Assembly: GCA_021648085.1 (NCBI GenBank)
Contig: JAKITS010000001.1
Location: 1 to 43,433 of the forward strand
Direction of reading: 5' to 3'
Source: Candidatus Magasanikiibacteriota bacterium
GTDB lineage: Bacteria; Patescibacteriota; Patescibacteriia; Magasanikbacterales; UBA922
Length of the DNA stretch: 43,433 nucleotides
A program made the position numbers and the translations under genes. The notes beneath the pieces are model-generated. The model did no database searches. It saw nothing but the letters and a program-made list of their open reading frames with translations, and was not told the DNA's origin. Of the stretch, positions 36,182 through 43,433 are shown piece after piece; position 1 is the first letter of the stretch, and every line of letters begins with the position of its first letter.

Positions 36182-36922
36182 ATGTCAGACAAAAAGCTAA
36201 AAATTATTTTAACAATTATAATAGTTCCATTTTTAATTTGGGGATTGTTTACTTTACTCACAGTGCAAAATGAGGAGATAGAAGAAGTTCAAGAAGAAAA
36301 ACAAGAAGTCGTAATAGAAGAGTTAGATATAGAAATAATAGACCTAGAAGGTCCAAAACAAAAATATATAAATAAAACCCACGGTTTCTCTTTTGAGTTT
36401 CCTGATGAGATGGAATATATACCTTCTATTTATGTTAAAGATATTGAATTTATAAAGAATTATTTTAAGTTGGAAGAAAAAAAATGCTTAAAAAAAGATA
36501 AGCCTAATGTTTGTAGAATATTTCCAAATGGATTGAGTATACTTTTGGAAGTGGATTCATATCGTAATAACAAGTGCAATGTTAATTTGCTTAATAAGGA
36601 TATAACTTTTAATTTAAATTTGTATAGTAGTTTTGATAGAAATGTTAGATTACAAGTATTTAAAACAAAAAAAATAGATAATATAGAAATTAAAACAGCA
36701 CGAGTGGACGAGTTTGTAAAAAGAGAAAGTGGTATTGAATATGGTTATCATACAAAATTAAAGACTTTATTTTGTATCGATGATAAAATAATTAAATTTA
36801 CTTTAGAGGATAATTACGTGGAAAATGATGTGAATATAAATGGTATTAAAAATAAATACAATTTATCGTATGAATATTTTCAAGAAATAGTAAATTCATT
36901 GGAGTTTTTAAATAAAAAATAA
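36182..36922 (+). CDS. N-terminally anchored paralog 1 of a conserved-ends / variable-core family
   Basis: MSDKKLKIILTIIIVPFLIWGLFTLL, DLEGPKQKYINKTHGFSFEFPDE, C-terminal IVNSLEFL. The ATG at 36182 has the same aataatATGtcagacaaaa context as paralog 3. Confidence 0.7.
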   Translation: MSDKKLKIILTIIIVPFLIWGLFTLLTVQNEEIEEVQEEKQEVVIEELDIEIIDLEGPKQKYINKTHGFSFEFPDEMEYIPSIYVKDIEFIKNYFKLEEKKCLKKDKPNVCRIFPNGLSILLEVDSYRNNKCNVNLLNKDITFNLNLYSSFDRNVRLQVFKTKKIDNIEIKTARVDEFVKRESGIEYGYHTKLKTLFCIDDKIIKFTLEDNYVENDVNINGIKNKYNLSYEYFQEIVNSLEFLNKK

Positions 36923-36925
36923 TAT

Positions 36926-37696
36926 ATGTTAAATAAAAAATATAAAATTTTAATATTATTGTCCATATTATTATTTTCTGTTGGTTTGGTTTCTTTTTTA
37001 TTAACTAAAAATAATAATATTGTTAATACAGACAATGTTATAAAAGAATTAATAAAACAACCTTTAAATACAGAATTAGAAGTAAAATTAGTAGATTTGA
37101 AAGGTCCAAAACAAAAATACATAAATAAAACTTATGGATTTTCATTAGAGTTTTTAGATGAAATAGAACTTTTTAATAATAATTATAAAATTAACAATTT
37201 AAAAGAATCTTTTACAAACGAAAGGACTTGTTTAAAAGGGTCAAAAAATAGTAATTGTAATATTTTAGATAAAATATATAATTTCCGTCTTTTTTATTGG
37301 ATAGGCTTTGACCTAAATATGGAAAAAGAATTAGAGCAAATTTGCAATAATTCATTTATTGAAGAAAAAAATAGAGTTTATTTAAATGAGTATAAAAATT
37401 TAAACCAAAATAATAAATTTAACTTTAAAGAGATTGGTGGAAAAATTAATAATTTAAATTTTAAAGGAATAGAATTTAATAAAAAAATAATTGAACCAGT
37501 TGGAGGTCAGCCTGAAATTAGAGTAAAAACACACAGAAAAAACAGCGATATAAATATATATTTATGTTTAAATAAAGATACATTATTAAATTTTAATGGA
37601 AATATTAATACTTATATCGATGATACAAAAAGATTTAATATTTTGTATAAACAGATTTACGAAGTTGTAAATTCACTAGAATTATTATCGGAATAA
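36926..37696 (+). CDS. Paralog 2 of the same family
   Basis: TM anchor, DLKGPKQKYINKTYGFSLEFLDE, C-terminal VVNSLELLSE. Confidence 0.7.
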   Translation: MLNKKYKILILLSILLFSVGLVSFLLTKNNNIVNTDNVIKELIKQPLNTELEVKLVDLKGPKQKYINKTYGFSLEFLDEIELFNNNYKINNLKESFTNERTCLKGSKNSNCNILDKIYNFRLFYWIGFDLNMEKELEQICNNSFIEEKNRVYLNEYKNLNQNNKFNFKEIGGKINNLNFKGIEFNKKIIEPVGGQPEIRVKTHRKNSDINIYLCLNKDTLLNFNGNINTYIDDTKRFNILYKQIYEVVNSLELLSE

Positions 37697-37697
37697 T

Positions 37698-38390
37698 ATG
37701 TCAGACAAAAGACTTAAAATTATTTTAACAATTGTAATAGTCCCATTTTTAGTGTGGGGATTGTTTACTTTGCTTACAAAACAAGGAAGTAAGATAGAAG
37801 AAACCCAAGAGCAACAACAAGAGGTTGCAATAGAAGAGTTAGATATAGAAATAATAGACCTAGAAGGTCCAAAACAAAAATATATAAATAAAACCCACGG
37901 TTTCTCTTTTGAATTTCCTGATGAGGTTGAGTATCAAGATTTTGGAAAACCAGATTATGCAGACTATTATGTGTTTAATTTGGCAAATAAAGAGTGTATG
38001 CAGTTTGACGAGTGTGGAACTATGGGAATTTATAATGAATGGTTAAACTATTCTATAAACATTCACAATTTGCTTGATAGTGAAAAATGTAATCAAGAAT
38101 TTATTGATAAAAAAATAAGTTACGACACAGGACTTATTGATGGTGAGTATGTTCAAGTTGTTGAATCTTTGAAAACAATAGAAAATGAGAATTTCTTGAT
38201 TAAAGAGCTTTTATATACAAGTAATTATGAAAGTCCTGGTACTTTTATGTCTGCTTATATTTGTTTGGATAATAATTATATTTATTTGCAAGGTGTTAGT
38301 GATATAAACATAAAAGAAGCCGAAAAATTTAATCCTTTGCATAAAGAATTTGAAGAAATTATAAATTCATTAGAATTGCTGTCTAATTAA
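37698..38390 (+). CDS. Paralog 3 of the same family
   Basis: MSDKRLKIILTIVIVPFLVWGLFTLL, an identical DLEGPKQKYINKTHGFSFEFPDE, C-terminal IINSLELLSN. Nt 37829-37912 are identical to 36313-36396. Confidence 0.7.
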   Translation: MSDKRLKIILTIVIVPFLVWGLFTLLTKQGSKIEETQEQQQEVAIEELDIEIIDLEGPKQKYINKTHGFSFEFPDEVEYQDFGKPDYADYYVFNLANKECMQFDECGTMGIYNEWLNYSINIHNLLDSEKCNQEFIDKKISYDTGLIDGEYVQVVESLKTIENENFLIKELLYTSNYESPGTFMSAYICLDNNYIYLQGVSDINIKEAEKFNPLHKEFEEIINSLELLSN

Positions 38391-38486
38391 GACGGACTTC
38401 TTTTACAAAATATCTAGCTTGTAGGTATTTTGTAGTAAGGAGGTAGGCTCTTTACAATCTATGTAAACAGAACAGAGAATGGGAAG

Positions 38487-40925
38487 ATGAAAACAAAAAA
38501 AGCGTTTCTGTGTATTTTTAGCTGTTTTTTATTTTTTAGCTGTGAATTTCTAGATTACAAAGAAAAAGATGGGATTTTACCACAAATAGATGATGGAAAA
38601 GGTGGAAACTATTTTGAGGATACCGGAGAATTGACTTCTTCTGGGACTAATTTTGAGGCACCTTGGGCTCCTGGAGATGAGTGGAATTATGGTGGTGGTT
38701 GGTGTTCAAATGTTAATAATCCTAAATATGAAAGTAGCGCTCATTTTGTAGGTAAAAAAGATAGAAACTGTATTGATATAAATTATATTAATAAAGGTAA
38801 TAGTGATTTGGGAATGCCTTTTTTTGCAGTTTTCGATGGTTGTGTTGTAAAAAATGAATTAAGTGGTGGTTATGGAAATTTATTGATTATTCAATCTTCT
38901 GAAGATAAAAATATTCAGTTCAAAATGGGTCATCACGATGAGATTAGTTTTTTAAAGGTTGGCGAATGTGTAAAAAAAGGTCAAATAATTAGTTATTGTG
39001 GCTCTAAGGGGGATTCTACTTTTGCACATGGTCATTATTGTATTGAAGAAAAACAAAACGGAGTTTATTCATCAATTCCATTTAATAAAATTGGTGAACA
39101 TGATTATAGCGAAAAGGATTGTTTAAAAGGTGATATTATAAACATAAAATCAACAAACGACTTCGAATTCAAAAGAATAGAAGAGGAATTTGGCACAAAC
39201 TTTTTTGGTGATATTTTGTATAATAATTTAGGTTATAGAGGAATTCATTGGTATTACGATTTTGTTGTAAATGGAAGCACATCATTTTCATCAACAAACC
39301 AAAATAATGTCCTAATTCAAGATTGGCAAAATTACACAGAAAATCGTCGCTCGGCGATTGTCTACGATGTACTTCATGGTGCTCGCAGGGGTTATGTTGT
39401 TCACTCTGGTTTTGTAGAAGATCCAAACCACGGTTGGCTTCAAGATTCAAGCGGTGTAAACACCTCGGGTCCTCGCTCAAAACTTGGCGTTCCATTATCA
39501 AATGAATTTGTAGAAAATGGAAGAACTTATCAAAACTTTATGTTTGGGTATCTGAGTTGGAAATATGGTTATGGTGTGTCTTATCAGGAGTATCCTACAG
39601 ATGGATATCCTGTTGGTGAAGTCTCACTGGACTTGGCAAATGATACAAAAACTCTAACAGAAAAAATAAAAGTACAAGATTATCAATATGCAGTAAATTG
39701 GAGTAAAAAGTTTTCTTATCTTTTTGTAGACGCTTACAACAAAAGTCAAAAAGATGGATATTGGCCAGGGTTTACAGTTTATAATAATGTTACAAATGAG
39801 GCGGCTGTGGATTATATTTATAGTTATCCAAATTACTATAAGTATTTTATTCAGGAATTTTACAATTCGCACAAGGCTTTTTTGAAAAATTCTACAATAA
39901 TTTATGACCCAAATAATAACACCAGTTTAATTACAAATAATTCAGAAATTTTAGGTGGAGATAACAAAGCTTATGTTGTTAAAGGTGGGTTTTGGAATTT
40001 GTATAAACAAATATATATAAACGGGCAAGATGCTTTTGATTTTTGTGGTGCACCAGTAATGGGTGAAAGTAGAGATGTTCCTTATTGGGTTCAAGAAAAA
40101 GCTGGAGGAGTCAAATCTTACCAGATTTTTGAAAGATGTTTTTTGACTTGGGGTATTACACAAAATATAAATGTATATATTTATAACGGTGGACTTTTCG
40201 ATTGTTATAATTTTACGGAAAATGTAAATAACCCAACAAATTATATAGTCTCACAATGTGATATATTAGAGCCTTGCACAGAAAATGAAGGGCAATATAA
40301 CGCAGATTTGGGTGATTATTGTGATGAATTTCAACAACTTTATTGTTGGGATGCACAAACTTGTGATGGAAGTGGTTATTTTAGTCCAGATATTTGGAGT
40401 CCAGTACTTCCAGAAGAATTTCCTCCAAAATGTGTCTCAAGTTATGGTTTAGAAATACAATATCCAGAAAGTTGGGAATGTTGTTGTGGTTTTCCTATAG
40501 ATTGGGATGGAAGCGGTGGAAATAATTGTGTGGAAAAATGGGGAGAATATGGTGATGTTGAGCTTGTCGGCACAGCACCAGATCTCGAACCTGAACCTGA
40601 ACCAGATCCACCTCCTCCTACGCAAGAACCAGAACCAAATCCTCCAGCACCTGAACCAGAGATAAACTGTCCTCGAACTTGTCTGCCGGGTATGAAATTT
40701 CAATGTTGGGATATGTTGTCGTGTGAAAATTATGGAAGTGGGTATGGATCGCCCCCTCTTTGGACCAGTGATTGTTATTCGGACACTCCTCCAAATTGTG
40801 GAAATTGGAGTGGCGAACAAGACAAAAAGCCAACATATTGGCAGTGTTGTTGTGGTTATGATATTGAATGGATGGATGGTCAGAACAATGCTTGTAGGTC
40901 TTCTGTTTACAATTCCTTTAATTAA
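38487..40925 (+). CDS. Secreted or lipid-anchored M23/LytM-like peptidase with LGFP-like repeats and two C-terminal 'QCWD...CCCG' modules
   Basis: Signal peptide ending in FLFFSC. M23-like core at about 38664-39056 (CIDI...GGYGNLLII...VKKGQIISYCGSKGDSTFAHGHY). LGFP-like SKLGVPLSNEFVENGRTYQNFMFGYLSW and GAPVMGES...YQIFERCFLTW. Modules at 40320-40529 and 40680-40910 are joined by a PEPEPDPPPPTQEPEPNPPAPEPE linker. Confidence 0.7.
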   Translation: MKTKKAFLCIFSCFLFFSCEFLDYKEKDGILPQIDDGKGGNYFEDTGELTSSGTNFEAPWAPGDEWNYGGGWCSNVNNPKYESSAHFVGKKDRNCIDINYINKGNSDLGMPFFAVFDGCVVKNELSGGYGNLLIIQSSEDKNIQFKMGHHDEISFLKVGECVKKGQIISYCGSKGDSTFAHGHYCIEEKQNGVYSSIPFNKIGEHDYSEKDCLKGDIINIKSTNDFEFKRIEEEFGTNFFGDILYNNLGYRGIHWYYDFVVNGSTSFSSTNQNNVLIQDWQNYTENRRSAIVYDVLHGARRGYVVHSGFVEDPNHGWLQDSSGVNTSGPRSKLGVPLSNEFVENGRTYQNFMFGYLSWKYGYGVSYQEYPTDGYPVGEVSLDLANDTKTLTEKIKVQDYQYAVNWSKKFSYLFVDAYNKSQKDGYWPGFTVYNNVTNEAAVDYIYSYPNYYKYFIQEFYNSHKAFLKNSTIIYDPNNNTSLITNNSEILGGDNKAYVVKGGFWNLYKQIYINGQDAFDFCGAPVMGESRDVPYWVQEKAGGVKSYQIFERCFLTWGITQNINVYIYNGGLFDCYNFTENVNNPTNYIVSQCDILEPCTENEGQYNADLGDYCDEFQQLYCWDAQTCDGSGYFSPDIWSPVLPEEFPPKCVSSYGLEIQYPESWECCCGFPIDWDGSGGNNCVEKWGEYGDVELVGTAPDLEPEPEPDPPPPTQEPEPNPPAPEPEINCPRTCLPGMKFQCWDMLSCENYGSGYGSPPLWTSDCYSDTPPNCGNWSGEQDKKPTYWQCCCGYDIEWMDGQNNACRSSVYNSFN

Positions 40926-40964
40926 AAATAATACCCTGCATACAAAATGCAGGGTATTTTTTTA
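40926..40964. terminator. Bidirectional terminator between convergent genes
   Basis: ATACCCTGCATacaaaATGCAGGGTATttttttt. Confidence 0.8.
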
Positions 40965-41444
40965 CCAAGGAGAACATGATATTGGTGTCGATGGGTACGG
41001 GTGTGGAGGTCCATCTGGATTGTTTGGAGGTGATCCTGGTATTGGTGGATCTGTAGGTGGAGGTAGTGGAGGTAGTCCAAACTCATTATCATTTTGAATA
41101 CCAGTCCAATTTGGAGTGCTATTTACAGATATATTTACCGAAACACCGTCACATGATAATACACATTGTTCATCTACTAACACAAAATTACATTCTGTGT
41201 ATTTACAATTTTGTTCAAGGTCTGTACAACAATTCATAGGTAGTTTTGTATTTTTGTCACATTTAGTTTTACTTATTTCTTTTTGGTCATTAGGATTATT
41301 TTCATCTAATTTGTTTCCATTGGAGTCGTTGTATTTAGAATTGTAAATATTTGTATCGTCAACTTTTGGAGCAAAATCTTCCTCAATGCACGATGTGCTA
41401 AATAATAAAAAAAATATTGAAAATAGTAATATAAACTTTTTCAT
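40962..41444 (-). CDS. Probable lipoprotein with the same 7-Cys module as 32105..32638 and a Pro-rich tail
   Basis: AAGGAGaaaaaATG. Signal LLFSIFFLLFSTSC. The module reads C-x9-CC-x6-C-x4-C-x8-C-x3-C (CDKNTKLPMNCCTDLEQNCKYTECNFVLVDEQCVLSC). C-terminal LPPLPPPTDPPIPGSPPNNPDGPPHPYP. Confidence 0.65.
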   Translation of the reverse strand: MKKFILLFSIFFLLFSTSCIEEDFAPKVDDTNIYNSKYNDSNGNKLDENNPNDQKEISKTKCDKNTKLPMNCCTDLEQNCKYTECNFVLVDEQCVLSCDGVSVNISVNSTPNWTGIQNDNEFGLPPLPPPTDPPIPGSPPNNPDGPPHPYPSTPISCSPW

Positions 41445-41511
41445 TTTTTCTCCTTGTGTAATATTAAAAAGAACTTATGTTAACTTTATAACTTATTTTA
41501 GTTTTTTGCAA

Positions 41512-41541
41512 TAAAAAAGACCTCAAAATTAATTGAGGCCG
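41512..41541 (-). terminator. Intrinsic terminator after the 62-aa gene
   Basis: Minus strand: GGCCUCAAuuaauuUUGAGGUC followed by a U-run. Confidence 0.6.
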
Positions 41542-41549
41542 TCATTTTT

Positions 41550-41738
41550 CTATCTTGTAAATAAAATATACAAAATAATAATTATAGAGAAAAGACCTAA
41601 AAATGACAAAAATATACTCCAAACTTCTTTGTTTGAATTTAGACTTTTCAAACCTTCATTGTAAGCTTTTTCTGATTCTGATTCAGCTTTTGAATTGTTG
41701 CAGTCTTCACATGCACCACTACAATTTTCTTTTCTCAT
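41550..41738 (-). CDS. Small tail-anchored protein with an N-terminal CSGACEDC motif
   Basis: AAGGAGGaaaaaATG. 62 aa with a C-terminal TM helix WSIFLSFLGLFSIIIILYILF. Confidence 0.6.
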   Translation of the reverse strand: MRKENCSGACEDCNNSKAESESEKAYNEGLKSLNSNKEVWSIFLSFLGLFSIIIILYILFTR

Positions 41739-41862
41739 TTTTTCCTCCTTAGGTTGTTTAGGAACGAGCGATAATACAATATCATAAAATACTTTTTTTG
41801 TAAAGCTGGGGGTTTGTAAAATTTTAAATGTTCTATTACTCCAATTGTCCCCAATGTTTTTA

Positions 41863-42063
41863 CTCGATCTATCTATTTCAACTCCACTGCGTTCCGCTCA
41901 ATATGATGTGCACAAAACACACGTCATCCTGAGCGAAATGGAGCGAAGCGGAATGAAGTCGAACGGATCTCGATTCAAAAACATTAGAACATAAAATATT
42001 CAAAGTTCTAATGATACAGCATCGAGATATTTCGACTCCACTGCGTTCCGCTCAATATTACGT
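41863..42063. repeat. Family-1 element preceded by an extra partial arm
   Basis: ACGTCATCCTGAGCGAAATGGAGCGAAGCGGAATGAAGTCGAACGGATCTCG (41921-41972) ... CGAGATATTTCGACTCCACTGCGTTCCGCTCAATATTACGT (42023-42063). The arm fragment TTTCAACTCCACTGCGTTCCGCTCAATATGATGTG lies upstream. Confidence 0.85.
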
Positions 42064-42073
42064 GAGTTATTGT

Positions 42074-42158
42074 TGTTATTCTCATACTAATTGGGAATTT
42101 AGAGTCTGCAAACTAGAACTGTTTTCATATAAAAATACATAAACTTTAATAATTGCAT
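42074..42158. repeat. Direct repeat partner of 32977..33061
   Basis: See feature 32977..33061. Confidence 0.8.
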
Positions 42159-42289
42159 TGTAATAAAAACCATAAATCTGCAATCAAATTAGAAATAAGA
42201 AATGAAAATCTAACTATTATAAAAAACATTAAAATAGGAAAGTAAATAACTTAAAATAAAAGTCCGTTATTAATTGTTAGTTAAATTTG

Positions 42290-42298
42290 TGTTATAAT
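42290..42298 (+). promoter_or_regulatory. Extended -10 element upstream of the TrbL-like gene
   Basis: TGtTATAAT at 42290-42298, 36 nt before the ATG. The -35 region is weak (TTAATT). Confidence 0.35.
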
Positions 42299-42334
42299 AT
42301 CTATATTCAATAAAAGAAAGTAATTTAACTAGTC

Positions 42335-43433
42335 ATGATTGGTGATGAGTTTAAAAAGATGCGAAAAATTCTAAAGCGTCTTAATTCTTTTTGTGTAAAA
42401 AGAAGACATCTAATTTCTAAGTTTGGTGTATTTTTGTTTGTTGCTACGATAGGTGTTTTTTTAATAATAAACCCTGTTTTTGCACAAAGTGCTACAGAAA
42501 GTGTCGCCAATTTTTTTATAGAAGGCGCTGCGAGAATGTTCTTAGTTCTGGCTAACTTTTTTATGGCTCTTACTATTTTTGCACTTAGATACTTTGTAGA
42601 AATAGCCGCGTACAATAACCATACTTTGGCAGATACTGTTGTTTTGGGTTGGACTATGGTTCGAGATGTCTCCAATATGTTTTTTGTAGTTATTCTACTT
42701 GCAATTGCATTTGGAACTATTTTAGGTTTAGATCAGTATGAGTGGAAAAAGTTAACAGTAAAATTAATTTTGGCAGCAATTTTTATAAACTTTAGTAAGT
42801 TAATCGCTGGAATAATTATAGACGCTGCCCATGTTTTTACAATTACATTTTTAAACGCAATAGTTGCAACTGCTGGTGGAAACATTATAAATATGTTTAA
42901 GTTGGGCGATATGATGACTTTTGCTGGTTCTGCTATGGACAATCCTTCAGAAGGAGATTTATTGTTAAAGGTTTTGGGTGGTTCAGTTGCAGCTTTTTTA
43001 TTTTCTTTTGTGGCACTACTTACTATTGGTGCTTACGCTGTGGTAATGCTTTCTCGTATGCTTGTGCTTTGGGTTTTGATAATCCTCTCACCGCTCGCAT
43101 ATCTTATGTCTGTTCTTCCTGCCACCAAAAAATATGCAGATGAATATTGGAAAGAATTTATAAAATATGTAATTGCAGGCCCTGTAATGGTGTTTTTCCT
43201 TTGGCTTGCTTTTGCAACTATGGGAAGTGGAAATATAAATCAAGAAGTGGCAAGTAATGTAAGTGTAGAAGGTGCAGCAATTAGTGATCAGGCACCGTCA
43301 AGTGGATCTAGAGAGTCAGAAATCAGCGCATCACTTAGTGCTGTCACAGAATGGGAGTCTATGGCTAGCTTTTTTATAGCTGTCGCATTTTTGTTTGTAG
43401 GTCTTCAGCAGGTAAGCAAGCTTGGTTTGGTAG
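42335..43433 (+). CDS. Polytopic membrane protein, TrbL/VirB6-like (partial, runs off the window)
   Basis: Not in the ORF track because it has no stop in the window. I translated it by hand from the ATG at 42335 and found no stop through 43432. It has a signal-like FGVFLFVATIGVFLIINPVFAQS, then at least 5 hydrophobic helices and LWVLIILSPLAYLMSVLPATKKYADEYWKEF, which recalls TrbL/VirB6 proteins. Confidence 0.4.
   Translation, partial: MIGDEFKKMRKILKRLNSFCVKRRHLISKFGVFLFVATIGVFLIINPVFAQSATESVANFFIEGAARMFLVLANFFMALTIFALRYFVEIAAYNNHTLADTVVLGWTMVRDVSNMFFVVILLAIAFGTILGLDQYEWKKLTVKLILAAIFINFSKLIAGIIIDAAHVFTITFLNAIVATAGGNIINMFKLGDMMTFAGSAMDNPSEGDLLLKVLGGSVAAFLFSFVALLTIGAYAVVMLSRMLVLWVLIILSPLAYLMSVLPATKKYADEYWKEFIKYVIAGPVMVFFLWLAFATMGSGNINQEVASNVSVEGAAISDQAPSSGSRESEISASLSAVTEWESMASFFIAVAFLFVGLQQVSKLGLV

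Noticed and set aside
38461-38466. Minimal ATG-TAA start-stop ORF after an AAGGAGG upstream of the M23-like gene
   Set aside because: The SD-to-ATG spacing of about 17 nt is too long for initiation, so the match is probably coincidental.
40723-41097. 124-aa plus-strand ORF with a Gly-rich C-terminus
   Set aside because: It overlaps the 3' end of the M23-like gene in another frame, then reads antisense to the Pro-rich tail of the 40962..41444 lipoprotein. It also crosses the bidirectional terminator.

Overview
AT-rich, gene-dense bacterial window read with the standard genetic code: TGA acts as a stop and an intact RF2 gene is present. The small genes, compact operons and abundant intergenic repeats suggest a reduced Patescibacteria/CPR-like genome, but that placement is inference only. 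The left and middle parts (about 3.8-22.2 kb) hold housekeeping genes: RNase P RNA, ccdA, a DEDD exonuclease, Nudix, GNAT, a methyltransferase, yraN, nusA, yidC, a Wzy-like ligase, groES/groEL, prfB, tsaC and rsmA. These genes are separated by two families of modular palindromic repeats. The far left is a minus-strand operon with a transglutaminase-vWA fusion protein followed by tandem paralogs of a 40-aa-repeat protein. The right half (22.8-43.4 kb) is an accessory envelope locus. It contains a thrombospondin-type-3-repeat protein coupled to a 2869-aa cysteine-rich secreted giant, two lipoproteins sharing a 7-Cys module, and three tandem membrane-anchored paralogs with conserved ends and variable cores. 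It also holds an M23-like peptidase and a small anchored protein that share an unnamed eight-Cys 'QCWD...CCCG' module, and a TrbL/VirB6-like membrane protein at the window edge. Embedded in this locus is the best candidate for an undescribed system: a Tmk-like kinase, an orphan MoaA-like radical SAM enzyme and a CYTH/CyaB-like enzyme, lying next to a 5'-truncated greA remnant. A second strong signal is a 160-nt rod-hairpin module present in two copies, one at the P3 position of RNase P RNA and one in-frame inside the Wzy-like CDS. Its closing stem shows multiple compensatory base-pair changes between the two copies. All functional calls come from motifs read by eye; no database search was run.
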